A stretch of DNA of 64,000 bases. It comes from Candidatus Bathyarchaeia archaeon (GTDB lineage: Archaea; Thermoproteota; Bathyarchaeia; Bathyarchaeales; Bathycorpusculaceae). Where the stretch lies: NCBI GenBank assembly GCA_038882975.1, contig JAVZNE010000001.1, forward strand, positions 64,001 to 128,000, written 5' to 3'. The notes beneath the pieces are model-generated. The model did not search any database, was not told where the DNA came from, and saw nothing but the letters and a program-made list of their open reading frames with translations. Of the stretch, positions 18,846-28,648 are shown one piece after another (the stretch's first letter is position 1; every line of letters begins with the position of its first letter). A program made the translations under genes and the position numbers.

Positions 18846-20507
18846 TTAGTATTTAGAGATTACTCGACAAGGGCGTCGCCCTTCAATTATAACAACAATA
18901 TAATATTCTATTACATCTAAAGTATAATATGGCCCTTTGATTGTTATTGGAGGAGTGATTTTGACAAGTCCATCGATGTATTTATTATCCGTTACGTCTA
19001 CTTCTTCGGTTACCTGTGCAACTTCTGCACTGATTTTATATTTGCCAATGGCAAAATTTGTCGTATTCCAAATGTAAGTGAGAGTCGTAGAGTTGCCACT
19101 CACAAGAGTTGCCACTTTTACACCGATTATAGTTGCATTGGCGTATATTGCAACGCTGACGTTCTCATCGTAGTCGCCTTGATTTTGAATTGTAACGTTA
19201 ACTGTAACAATATCGCCCTGCACAACTTTTCGTTTAGAAGTTTTTAGATCAGTGATAGCTATGTCGTGAACTTTGAATCGTACAAGGCAAAAATTGCTTT
19301 CTTCTTCATTCTCAATCGTATAACCTGCAACTATATAACCTCCGTTAGGAGCTAACTCAACATCAACAGCTGTCGCGTTCAGATCATATGTCACACTCCA
19401 CTGTATGGCTCCACACGAATCAATTTTAATAATGCCAAAGTCCTCAGAAACAACGCCGCAGAGGATGTATCCTCCGTCAACTGTTGTCTCGATATCCAAC
19501 GCGCACAGCGCAATCCCTACGTACGTTTTATTCCATTCTTGATTTCCATACGGGTCATATTTAACAACACAAAATGTGTTTCTTGGGAGAGGTGCTGATC
19601 CGACAGCTACATACCCTCCATCAGAACTGATAGTCACACCAAAACCCTTTAACATCATAGGAAAGTATTCCATCAGACCAAAAAGTTTTTCCCACACCAT
19701 ATTTCCCTCCGAATCAGTTTTTATAATTCGCATCCATTGAATGGTCGCACCATCATAAGCAACCCCCACAAGAACAAATCCTCCGTCCGGAGTTATTTCC
19801 ACATCATATGCAACATCAATATCTGGGCGACTGAAAGTTTTATTCCATAATAGGTTTCCATTTGCATCAATCCTTAAAAGCCAAAAATCTGAGGCCCAAG
19901 GGAAAGGATTTTTAGTAGAACCAGCGAGTATATACCCTCCTTGAGGAAGAGATTCGATGTCGTATACCGCATTAAATAGGGATGTCCCATACGTCTTATT
20001 CCACTGTTCATTCCCATTTTCGTCTATTTTAACAATCCAGGCGTCGTAATCACCAGCTCCTGATGAGTTTGTGACACCTGCGACAATATAGCCTCCATCT
20101 ATGGGTGATGTAACATCTGAAACTGCAATCCCAAACGCCCACTCATCACCCGATCCGCCATAAGTCCGGTTCCATAACTGCCTTCCATTTATATCCGTCT
20201 TAACCACCCAAAAATTGTAGAGACCTCCTAAGGGGCCGGTACTTCCTGCAATTATGTATCCTCCATCAGGAGTCTTCTCAACATCATCCGCCCAATCACA
20301 ATACGCCCCTCCATAAGTTCGGATCCAATTTTCCGAATCTTCAAAATAAAGGCTCCATCGTGTGGGATAGGCGTTACAAATAAGATTAAAATTGTTGTCA
20401 CATTTCCGTTCATTAGTAATAACATCTACATTTATTGAAGGGGCGCTCGAAACAATCATGCATAATAGCAAAAATATGCTCAATATTAACCTTAAATTGT
20501 ATCTCAA
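18846..20507 (-). CDS. Secreted beta-propeller-like repeat protein with C-terminal CARDB domain
   Basis: Signal peptide; about 7 repeats of W(N)KTYG..A.DVE.T.DGGYI.AG....F.VVK.D.NG; HDIAIT..VNVTIQNQG..DVTDN Ig-like CARDB; AT-richer than neighbours. Confidence 0.8.
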   Translation of the reverse strand: MRYNLRLILSIFLLLCMIVSSAPSINVDVITNERKCDNNFNLICNAYPTRWSLYFEDSENWIRTYGGAYCDWADDVEKTPDGGYIIAGSTGPLGGLYNFWVVKTDINGRQLWNRTYGGSGDEWAFGIAVSDVTSPIDGGYIVAGVTNSSGAGDYDAWIVKIDENGNEQWNKTYGTSLFNAVYDIESLPQGGYILAGSTKNPFPWASDFWLLRIDANGNLLWNKTFSRPDIDVAYDVEITPDGGFVLVGVAYDGATIQWMRIIKTDSEGNMVWEKLFGLMEYFPMMLKGFGVTISSDGGYVAVGSAPLPRNTFCVVKYDPYGNQEWNKTYVGIALCALDIETTVDGGYILCGVVSEDFGIIKIDSCGAIQWSVTYDLNATAVDVELAPNGGYIVAGYTIENEEESNFCLVRFKVHDIAITDLKTSKRKVVQGDIVTVNVTIQNQGDYDENVSVAIYANATIIGVKVATLVSGNSTTLTYIWNTTNFAIGKYKISAEVAQVTEEVDVTDNKYIDGLVKITPPITIKGPYYTLDVIEYYIVVIIEGRRPCRVISKY

Positions 20508-20646
20508 ATTTACTCACCAGTTCCTTAAAATTTTTTACAAGTTTATTTATTTTTAAGTTTAACGCAAACCTTGAAAAGGAAACGCTTTGGATAAAATAGT
20601 TATAATCTTAAAAGAGGTTATTACTTTATTGTAGAGCGAAGCTAAG

Positions 20647-21135
20647 ATGAATCTAATGACTGTTAAAGATAAGTCCTGCAGTTTCGCATCTGCAGATATA
20701 TTTAGCCTACTCGTTGAAACTAGCGAGAAGGAAAGGCGAAAACGCAGGGAAGAGCTTCTCGCACCCTTAAGTGTTAAGGAATTCTTTGTCAGTGGAAGCA
20801 TAACAATTGACAGGCGCACATGCAAAGGCGTGGAATGTAAACTGTGCATTAAGGCTTGCCCCACTAACGCTTTGTTCTGGAAGAGCAGCGGCGAGGTTGG
20901 CATAACGGAAGAACTGTGCATATATTGTGGCGCATGTGTGCTAAACTGTATAGTGGACGACTGCATAAAAATAACACGTAAGAGAGAGAACGGCGAAACA
21001 GAAAGGTTCAGCACGCCAAGAGCCTTCACCATGCTGGAAAACGCCATAAACGCCAAAAAACGCCACGAAAGGGTTAGGGCGATATTCCCAACAGCCACAG
21101 AATACTTGAGACTGTATAAGCCGCAAATGACGTAA
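20647..21135 (+). CDS. 2x[4Fe-4S] ferredoxin-domain protein
   Basis: CKGVECKLCIKACP and CIYCGACVLNC. Confidence 0.88.
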   Translation: MNLMTVKDKSCSFASADIFSLLVETSEKERRKRREELLAPLSVKEFFVSGSITIDRRTCKGVECKLCIKACPTNALFWKSSGEVGITEELCIYCGACVLNCIVDDCIKITRKRENGETERFSTPRAFTMLENAINAKKRHERVRAIFPTATEYLRLYKPQMT

Positions 21136-21149
21136 TTAAGCCAAAAGCC

Positions 21150-21531
21150 ATGTCAATTTTGCTAGGCTTTCAAAATGCAAAATTGATAGCCCCTCTAGAA
21201 TTTTTGGACTGGCAGGTCATATTTGTTGCCGGTTCGGCTTAACAAATACGATACCCCTCTACAGAATTTGGACGGTTGTCTTGTATCATTTTCTCATCCC
21301 TTTCTCCCTAGAATTTTGCACCAAATAGCCAAAAATCAATTATAGGAGTTAAACGGCGGAATTGATATCCTTTACAATCTTACTTAATCCTTGCGTAAAG
21401 TAGCCGTCAAAATCTCTCACTTGTGTTTATATTAATGCTTTAATTTTTCAAAAATGATTGGTGACTCCTAGTGGTTTGTCAATAAACCATCATAATGTTT
21501 TATTTAAATATCACCAGATGGAGAAGAAATA
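21150..21531. repeat. Array of ORB-like direct repeats plus AT-rich tract; candidate replication origin
   Basis: GATAGCCCCTCTAGAATTTTTGGAC (21185), GATACCCCTCTACAGAATTTGGAC (21250), degenerate copies at 21304 and 21360, hairpin 21220-21248, AT-rich 21420-21531; lies between convergent genes. Confidence 0.55.
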
Positions 21532-22968
21532 TTATGGGTTTTGCCATTTTTCCTGTAGGAATTTCGGAATTTCCGAAGAGTCTCTTGGTCCTACTAGGAC
21601 TTGCCATCCGCTTAGTTCTTCTATTTCTCCGCTTAGGCGTGCCGCCTTTCCCGGGATTATGAGTTTTCTGTGTTTCACCTTGTTTTCTATTCCTGAAGCC
21701 TTTATGGCTTCGGCTACTTTTTCTGCTGTTAGTTTTCGTCCGGCTACAGCGCTGTCTACGGCTATGCCTTCTGTGTCAACCACCAGCAAATAGGCGTTTA
21801 CCTTGGCGGATTCTATGTCTGAAGCCACCGTGTAGTAGGTTAGGGCGAAGTTGGTTGTGAACATTACTGGCGAGTTCTCGTCTGGAGTGCCAAAAACCTT
21901 CAAGCCTGGTTCTACGGCTACTGGTTTGCGGGGATCCGTGTAAATGTTAGCCCTTAAAACAACGTTTGGCAGGAGCGCCCATCCGTCTAGGCTGTGCATT
22001 ATGAGGATGTCGGCGAAACGCACCGTCAGCATAGCAGCCAGGTAGGCTTCTCTCCATTTTACGATTTCTGGGGCTATGCCGGCGCTTTCAAGCCAAACAG
22101 TCATGGGAACGCCCATCAATGGGAAGCCCAAAAGCTCGTCGCCTTGCTTGCAAGCCAAACGCCTAATCATGGTGAAATTATTCAACGTGTCAGCCAACCC
22201 TTCACCCGCAAAGGTGCCAGGGTCCAAAACCAAGTCTTCCACGCCGTATTCCAGAAGCGTCTTCGCCAAAGACTTCAAAAGTTTAAGGTTGTTGGGAGCA
22301 AAAACGGTCAGCGGGCAGCCGTACATTAGGGCTAGTTCAGCTATCTCCCTCCAATTATCCTTTGTGGCTGCATATAATAGTGGTCGTGCTTTTGGTGCTG
22401 CCATCAAACCAGCCTCTAAAACAGTTGGGTTCAGCGAACACAAAATCATTGGCAGTTTGGTGTTTTCAGCCACTTTCTTGACTGTTGCCTTAAACTTGTC
22501 CGGGTCGTTGGAAGTGGAACGGACGGCAATCATGTCTAGTTTTAAAATTTGTCCTATGTATTCGTAGCGGAATTCTTCAACCCGTTTGATGCGGCTTAGG
22601 ATTTCTTCTTCTGGCATTTCGTCTGTTATGTCTATGGCTATGGCTGTCGGGTTGAAGTATGTAAGCTCGTGGCGGTACATAACAAGTTTTCCGCCAATCT
22701 TAACCGCGTTTTCGCCAGTGCCAACGACAACCTCTTTTATAGCTGGTTTCAGCATCTCCTTAAGCTGTTTGTAAGCTTTCTCAAACTCCTTCTTCAAAAG
22801 TGGCGCGCATTTTTCGATGGGAACTTCGCGGTTCACAACTTTTGTGGCGAAAGCCATGCAGTTTTCTTCTCCGCACTCCTTACAGTTTGTTCGGGGTAGA
22901 AGCTTGTAAACGTCTATGGGGCTTAGTTCCTTAACGCCAATCTTGCCTTTGCCTTCCTTTCCACTCAT
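21532..22968 (-). CDS. cdhE: ACDS complex gamma subunit (CoFeSP large subunit)
   Basis: LPRTNCKECGEENCMAFA Fe-S motif, NIYTDPRKP, TNFALTY, VGPRDSS. Confidence 0.96.
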   Translation of the reverse strand: MSGKEGKGKIGVKELSPIDVYKLLPRTNCKECGEENCMAFATKVVNREVPIEKCAPLLKKEFEKAYKQLKEMLKPAIKEVVVGTGENAVKIGGKLVMYRHELTYFNPTAIAIDITDEMPEEEILSRIKRVEEFRYEYIGQILKLDMIAVRSTSNDPDKFKATVKKVAENTKLPMILCSLNPTVLEAGLMAAPKARPLLYAATKDNWREIAELALMYGCPLTVFAPNNLKLLKSLAKTLLEYGVEDLVLDPGTFAGEGLADTLNNFTMIRRLACKQGDELLGFPLMGVPMTVWLESAGIAPEIVKWREAYLAAMLTVRFADILIMHSLDGWALLPNVVLRANIYTDPRKPVAVEPGLKVFGTPDENSPVMFTTNFALTYYTVASDIESAKVNAYLLVVDTEGIAVDSAVAGRKLTAEKVAEAIKASGIENKVKHRKLIIPGKAARLSGEIEELSGWQVLVGPRDSSEIPKFLQEKWQNP

Positions 22969-22991
22969 CTTCCTAAACCTCCATTAAACGC

Positions 22992-24215
22992 CTAAACTTT
23001 GGCAGCAACCCATTCCACAAGCCTATCAGCATTGCCGGACTTGCCGCCCATAAGCTGGGCTATAACATCCTTAACTGTTTTGACGGCTGCAGGGTGCATC
23101 ATCATGAAAAGGTCAACGCCAGCCAGCAGAAGCGTCAAAGCTGTAACAACCTCCCATAAGGGTCCTCGAAGCTCACGGGGCTCCCATTCCGGAGCCATTT
23201 TAAGCCAAGCCTCACGGGCTGCCCAAGCGTTAGTTGTTCCAGAAGACATGGGATGAGCCAGTTCAGGGTCGCCCATCAAAGCCGCCAGACGAGCCCTCTC
23301 CATGTTTGTAAAGGCGTAGTCTAGACCGTAGCCTAAAGCCGCCGTTGTCAAGTCCATAACGATGTCCTCTTTTGGCAGAAAATCATATAGTCGACGGTTC
23401 AACTCCCTAGCCAAGTTCAAGTCCATGGGCGTGAACGAAAGTGCCACATGCCCATTCTTTTTAACGAATTTGGCGCAACGTTCAACATCCATATCCCGAG
23501 TGATAGAGCTAATCAAGAAACGCTCGCCGGCAAAGGTTTCAGCCACCTCTTGGAAAACATCCGCATCCTTCACGGGGTCGCCGCAACCACCAATGACCAG
23601 CGGCACATCTACGGCTTGTGCAACAGCCTCAACGGTTTTAACAGCCTCTTTTGGCGAGGCATCCTTGACAAGCGGGTCAATGCTGATGAGGTGGATGGTT
23701 ATCATGTCTGCGCCGAACTTTTCAACAGCCAGTTTAGCCCAAGCCGCCGGGTCGCCCAAAACATCCTTAACATGCATTTTAACAGCCTTAGCCAAAGGCA
23801 CTTCCATGTCAAAAACGTCAAGGGATATTACCGGCGGATGGGGTGTGGGTCTCTCAAAGGTGTAGAAGGCTGGGGTGGTTTCGCCGCCAATAACCACTGT
23901 TTTGCCTCTTGTTCCGCCTTCGCTTTTTGTTGCTCCAAGCTTAACCTCAACAACCTTTCCAGGATAGGTTTCAACTGGCGGAACAAATTCAGCCTCAATT
24001 ATTTGGGTGGGTTTAGCCTTAACTGGTGGGGCAACTTTTGGCGGGGCAATCACCGGGGCTGCCACTGCGCCGGGTTGAAGCCAAATTTCTAAGTCGCCAA
24101 CCTCCATCTCGAAGTCTTCAAGCTCAATTTCTTGAAGCTTTGCCAGAAGCTCCAGCAGCCGAGAGTTCAGCTTTAACCCTAAAACGCTTTCGTCCTTTTC
24201 CCTCTTTTCAGCCAA
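22992..24215 (-). CDS. cdhD: ACDS complex delta subunit (CoFeSP small subunit)
   Basis: GGTRGKTVVIGGE, DPAAWAK, ALGYGLDY, ERARLAALMGD, MMHP. Confidence 0.95.
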   Translation of the reverse strand: MAEKREKDESVLGLKLNSRLLELLAKLQEIELEDFEMEVGDLEIWLQPGAVAAPVIAPPKVAPPVKAKPTQIIEAEFVPPVETYPGKVVEVKLGATKSEGGTRGKTVVIGGETTPAFYTFERPTPHPPVISLDVFDMEVPLAKAVKMHVKDVLGDPAAWAKLAVEKFGADMITIHLISIDPLVKDASPKEAVKTVEAVAQAVDVPLVIGGCGDPVKDADVFQEVAETFAGERFLISSITRDMDVERCAKFVKKNGHVALSFTPMDLNLARELNRRLYDFLPKEDIVMDLTTAALGYGLDYAFTNMERARLAALMGDPELAHPMSSGTTNAWAAREAWLKMAPEWEPRELRGPLWEVVTALTLLLAGVDLFMMMHPAAVKTVKDVIAQLMGGKSGNADRLVEWVAAKV

Positions 24216-24221
24216 GCGTTT

Positions 24222-25643
24222 TCACCTTTTCTCTGCTTTCTCGCCCTTAACAGAGCGAATTATGACGCGTTTGGCGTAGATTTTTGCATCCTTGAGTATG
24301 ATTTTGTATCCGCCTGCAGTTATTGGCAGAGTAGCCGCAGTGATTGTTGGCACCATGGCTGGTGCAGCTTCTTCCCGCGTTTCAGCTTCTGCTGGAACAG
24401 CTTCTGGAACGGCTACAACTTCCTCTTTCCAGCGCTCAACAACTGGGTGATTGCGCTCCCTGAGAAAAGTCTTCAGCTCATCGATGGTTTTGGCATCTTC
24501 TTCTGTGGCGATTTTGTCCATAAGCTCTAGTGGAATAAAGTTCTTAACGCGTTCTTTCACTTCTTTCGGCATCCATACGACACGTTGGTAGCCGCCGTCA
24601 GCTTGCAGAAACTTTGGAGAACGCATGTACTCGATGGATATGCCGTGGAAACCATCCACTTGCCGTCCGCCAGCCGTTGAATCCGCCAAAGTGGAGAAGG
24701 CTAAACCGTTCACGGTTACCTCCCTATAGCCTCTGTGCACTATGCCGAAACCGTCCACTTCTGGGATGTAGAAGGCGACACCCTCAAAGCAGCCACAAGA
24801 AGTGTGCGGATAGCCGAAAGCTGTGTAAAGCCAAACACGGTTTATCTCACCTAAGGTTCGCTTTTTAACAGCTTCATTCACGCCTGAATACTCGCCCCTA
24901 ACTGGGTCTAACAGCTCGCCTCTGTTAATTTCGAATATGGGGCCCTTGGGGTCTATGTTGGCTGAAGCCCTGGCGTCAAACCAGCTTATAGCGCCACAGT
25001 TGGAATAGCGCTGGGGCGTTATCACACAGCAGTGGGTCGGCGCGAAAGACTGGCATAAGATACAGCCGTAAAACTTGTCTACTTCCTCGTCCTTAAGCCC
25101 CCTAGCTCGGGCATCTCTTGCCTCGTAAATCTGCAGTGCTTGGGGATAAAGCTCCTTTACTTTCTCGGCGTCGGTTATGAAGGTTACTTGCATTTTCTCG
25201 ATTATTGGGAGTTCGCTCTTAAACAGCCTATGCAAGACCTTGCCAATATATTGAAAGGAGTTTAAGCCCTTCTGGTAGGACTTCTTGCTCAATCGTAGCC
25301 AAATGTCGTAGCGCTGGTTTAGATGCATAAAACCCTCAATATAGTTGCAGTAGGCGTGAATACGCCTCTCAATAACGCCTTCCAGCTCTGGCTCAAGTTT
25401 GGCACCAGTCACTTCGATAAGAATGCCAAACGGGTAGGTTTTGCCCTCCTCCATGTCCTTAATGTCCGGTCCGATGATGGTTATTTTTCCGTCTTCAACT
25501 TCCTCTGGCTTTTTGACTCTTGCTAATTCGAATTTTTCTTTGACATCCGGTCCGCCGAGCTCCACATACATTTCCTTTCTTCGGATGCGTTCGCCCTCGT
25601 AGATTACGCCCACGTCGACGGGTATGTCCTGAAACATGCTCAT
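24222..25643 (-). CDS. cdhC: ACDS complex beta subunit (acetyl-CoA synthase)
   Basis: YEGERIR, GCILCQSFAPTH, HTSCGCFE (A-cluster ligands). Confidence 0.97.
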   Translation of the reverse strand: MSMFQDIPVDVGVIYEGERIRRKEMYVELGGPDVKEKFELARVKKPEEVEDGKITIIGPDIKDMEEGKTYPFGILIEVTGAKLEPELEGVIERRIHAYCNYIEGFMHLNQRYDIWLRLSKKSYQKGLNSFQYIGKVLHRLFKSELPIIEKMQVTFITDAEKVKELYPQALQIYEARDARARGLKDEEVDKFYGCILCQSFAPTHCCVITPQRYSNCGAISWFDARASANIDPKGPIFEINRGELLDPVRGEYSGVNEAVKKRTLGEINRVWLYTAFGYPHTSCGCFEGVAFYIPEVDGFGIVHRGYREVTVNGLAFSTLADSTAGGRQVDGFHGISIEYMRSPKFLQADGGYQRVVWMPKEVKERVKNFIPLELMDKIATEEDAKTIDELKTFLRERNHPVVERWKEEVVAVPEAVPAEAETREEAAPAMVPTITAATLPITAGGYKIILKDAKIYAKRVIIRSVKGEKAEKR

Positions 25644-25660
25644 TTTCTATTTCGCCTCCT

Positions 25661-26191
25661 TCAAACTTTCTCCATTATGACTTTAAGGTTTTTCACCCAC
25701 TCCTCGTGGGAAAGGTTTGGGAAAGACCAACTTGCATGGGGATGATAAACATTATCCAAAGAGATAGTCTTCAAGTGTTGGGCGAAGTGCTTCAACCCCG
25801 ACAAAATCGTCCACTCCATATAATAGTAGAGCCCCACAAACAAGGCTAGGTCATGCTGCCCCTTGCCGTCAACCCCAGCCCAATCTGGGTCAACAAGGCG
25901 GTTTCCAATATCAACTGCTGGCATGAAAGCTGCTGGTTTAAAGCCCCGTTTTGCAAACTCGCCTATCATATGGGCTGTAGCCACAACGGGAATGCCGCTT
26001 TTCTTCGAAAACTCAATAATGAAGTCTATGAGCTTTCCGCCATCAAAGTCTGTTTCAGCCACTTTATGCCCAACCACAAGCACCGGATGCTTAGCCCTCT
26101 TAATCATGGCTGCAACAACTTCAGGCTTCGTAACAACCAAAGCTTTTTTGGGCCCCGGGATTTCCGCCGTTTGCCAAGGTTCAGCCGCCAT
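25661..26191 (-). CDS. cdhB: ACDS complex epsilon subunit
   Basis: PWQTAEIPGP, MIKRAKHP, DPDWAGVDGKGQHDL, SFPNL; operon position. Confidence 0.93.
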   Translation of the reverse strand: MAAEPWQTAEIPGPKKALVVTKPEVVAAMIKRAKHPVLVVGHKVAETDFDGGKLIDFIIEFSKKSGIPVVATAHMIGEFAKRGFKPAAFMPAVDIGNRLVDPDWAGVDGKGQHDLALFVGLYYYMEWTILSGLKHFAQHLKTISLDNVYHPHASWSFPNLSHEEWVKNLKVIMEKV

Positions 26192-26206
26192 AAACGCTCA
26201 CCCCTA

Positions 26207-28564
26207 TCACTCCTTCCTCTTCCTTATAAGCCTAGGCAGAAGCGTCGGGTCTGGGATTATCGTCTCTTTCCAGCCCTTCTCTTCTAGAATCTTTATGATT
26301 TCATCCTTCATTGTTACTGGTATGTCAGCGACTGTCCGCACGAAGCGGTGAATGTCCTCTGGCATTGTTCCATACAACCGCTTATGCAAATCAATATAAT
26401 GCGTCAATTTTATGGCGCGTCCTTTCGTAGTGTCGTTAGGACGCATACAAAGCTTGGCAATCATAACCATGGCTTCCTCCTTAGTTTCAGCCGTGTAGAA
26501 CAGGTGTTCAGGCGCTGGTCCAACATAGACTTTTTCGCCAGTCCTGGCGTCATAAACGTACCAATCTTCTTCGCGGTCAGCCCTTCCCAACAACATGCGC
26601 CTATACTTTATGCCGTGGGGACCAACAATCACTGGAACGCCCAAACGCCAGAAGCCAGAAGCTATTGAGGCAGCTTTTTGGGAGTAGGCTCCCCAAGCAA
26701 CGCCTACAGCGCCCACCCGGTTTAGAATGTAGTCGGCAATCTCCTCATAATTAGCCCTCAAATTCCTCTTGGCAAAGATATTAGCAATTTTTATGGCAGC
26801 ACCAGCGATGTGGGCATTAGCCACGCATGAACCAACGTTAACCATGCATCCAGCCGTGAATTCGCCTGTAAACTCCTCGTATGGAGTTTTGCCTTCTTCA
26901 TTCCTGTACATGCCAGCCGTCATGGCTGCACATCCAGAAGTGACAACTATGTAACGTCTGTTGGCGAATTCTCGGCACATTTCCGCAACTTCTATTCCGC
27001 CTTTTGGATAGTTGGCGCATCCAACGAAGGCTATAACGCCTGGAATTTCGCCGAGTACTATTGGGCTTCCAACATTTCGGATTTCCACGTCTTGTATGGG
27101 ACCTCTTCCAGCCCGCACTTTGTAGGTTTCCTCTTTAAGCTTCTTCTCCCCAGCCTTAACAATGAAGCTGTGGATTTGCAAGCCTACCGGGCATGCTTCC
27201 TCGCACCGTCCACAACCAACACACAAGTCGTAAAGTTCTGCAAGCTTAGCCAATGAGCCTTCCATGGCTGCTTTCATGGCTTCTGGAATGTGCAAGTCTT
27301 GGGGGCAAGCTCTACGGCAGTCGCCGCACTGGCGGCATTCCTTCGCTTTTTGCAGAACCTCATCCACCTCTGGAATCGCCTTAAACTTCTTCCTCAAAGG
27401 CGCAACTTTCAAAGCCACTTTGACTGCGACTTCGCCCACCTTTTCTGGGTCTAAGATTAATGCGCCTGGGATTTTGCCGCTTACGAGGTCTTCAACTATG
27501 GCGTCTGCCGGGTCGTCTGTGCGGTTTGGCAATCCCATGCAGTTCTTTTCAGAAGCCACAATAACAGGAGCCTTAATCCGCTGAGCCTCATAGAAAGAAT
27601 CTGTTCGGATACACTGCTCATCCAAAACAACAACGTCTGGAACTCCGCTCCTTATGAAGCGCAACTGCCAAGAAATTGGTCCAATAATCTTCCCTCTTTT
27701 ATAATAGCGTGTTATGTCATGGGCTGTGCAGCATAAGCCGCAAACTTCTATTTCCCCATCAAGTCCATTCTCCTTCATATAATCGATTATACCTACGGAT
27801 GGAACAACATTATGTCCTATACAGAGGATCACTGGCTTCTCAACGTTTACCGTGCCAAAACCTAAATCAACCAGCGGCGCATCCGGGTCAGCTTTTGGAA
27901 AGCCGTAGGCGGCTATTTGGGCTATATCAGCCACTTCCATGCCAACGTGGTCCAACATGCCTACATGGAAAACTTTCGACTCGAAGTCAAGGTTGCTGCC
28001 CTCCTGCCCGGTGTGGCAAACGGACAAGCAGTGGGTAACTTGTGTCTCCACGTAATCTAGTATTTCTTCAAGGTCGCCGAGGGTTTCAGGCTTAACTCCG
28101 CAGACAAGCCTTGTAACTGGCGCTTCCACTTGAACGTTCAAGCCGCCAACGTCTAGGGGCATTCTTCTACCATATTTCTCGATTAGGTGCTCCACCAAGT
28201 GGCGGGCATGCCCAGTATGGGTTGCCGCGCCTATGCAGCATGCCAGAAGCACTATGCGGGATTGTTGGGCAGTCATATTTATGCCACATGCACCCCGCTT
28301 GTTTCCGGTTAAGTCGCATTTGCCGAAAGTGCAGAGACAGCAGACGTCGCAAAAGGGCAGATAAAATGGCTTGTAGCGCTGTAGAAGCTTCATGTCCCAT
28401 TCGCGTAGGGCTGTCAGCGACGGGAAAGGCGTTGGACCCATCGGTTCAGCCCATGCTTCCTCGACTATTCTGCCAATGGACAATTCAAGGTTTTTTATAA
28501 GCCCCATGTCTGTTTTCATTTCCCCAATTTTCACGTGTAATCCTTTCTTGCTCAAGGTAAACAC
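26207..28564 (-). CDS. cdhA: ACDS complex alpha subunit (CO dehydrogenase)
   Basis: PMGPTPFP, CDVCCLCTFGKC, GLCCTAHD, two extra CxxCxxCxxxCP motifs, VGSCVAN, WGAYSQKA. Confidence 0.97.
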   Translation of the reverse strand: MFTLSKKGLHVKIGEMKTDMGLIKNLELSIGRIVEEAWAEPMGPTPFPSLTALREWDMKLLQRYKPFYLPFCDVCCLCTFGKCDLTGNKRGACGINMTAQQSRIVLLACCIGAATHTGHARHLVEHLIEKYGRRMPLDVGGLNVQVEAPVTRLVCGVKPETLGDLEEILDYVETQVTHCLSVCHTGQEGSNLDFESKVFHVGMLDHVGMEVADIAQIAAYGFPKADPDAPLVDLGFGTVNVEKPVILCIGHNVVPSVGIIDYMKENGLDGEIEVCGLCCTAHDITRYYKRGKIIGPISWQLRFIRSGVPDVVVLDEQCIRTDSFYEAQRIKAPVIVASEKNCMGLPNRTDDPADAIVEDLVSGKIPGALILDPEKVGEVAVKVALKVAPLRKKFKAIPEVDEVLQKAKECRQCGDCRRACPQDLHIPEAMKAAMEGSLAKLAELYDLCVGCGRCEEACPVGLQIHSFIVKAGEKKLKEETYKVRAGRGPIQDVEIRNVGSPIVLGEIPGVIAFVGCANYPKGGIEVAEMCREFANRRYIVVTSGCAAMTAGMYRNEEGKTPYEEFTGEFTAGCMVNVGSCVANAHIAGAAIKIANIFAKRNLRANYEEIADYILNRVGAVGVAWGAYSQKAASIASGFWRLGVPVIVGPHGIKYRRMLLGRADREEDWYVYDARTGEKVYVGPAPEHLFYTAETKEEAMVMIAKLCMRPNDTTKGRAIKLTHYIDLHKRLYGTMPEDIHRFVRTVADIPVTMKDEIIKILEEKGWKETIIPDPTLLPRLIRKRKE

Positions 28565-28599
28565 AACCCAGAGTAGAAGGTTTTAATGTCGGCATCCAA

Positions 28600-28618
28600 C
28601 ATTTTAAGCTTTTCTAGA
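28600..28618 (-). promoter_or_regulatory. Putative BRE/TATA for the cdh operon
   Basis: GAAAAGCTTAAAAT on the minus strand about 40 nt upstream of cdhA. Confidence 0.4.
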
Positions 28619-28648
28619 AGCCTAAACCAAACATCACATCGAAATGGG

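Noticed and set aside
21150-21380. CRISPR array
   Set aside because: Repeats are too degenerate and irregular, and there are no cas genes
21458-28586. Many plus-strand ORFs (for example 23448-24092)
   Set aside because: Antisense shadows of well-supported cdh genes with no motifs; the same applies to similar shadow ORFs across the window
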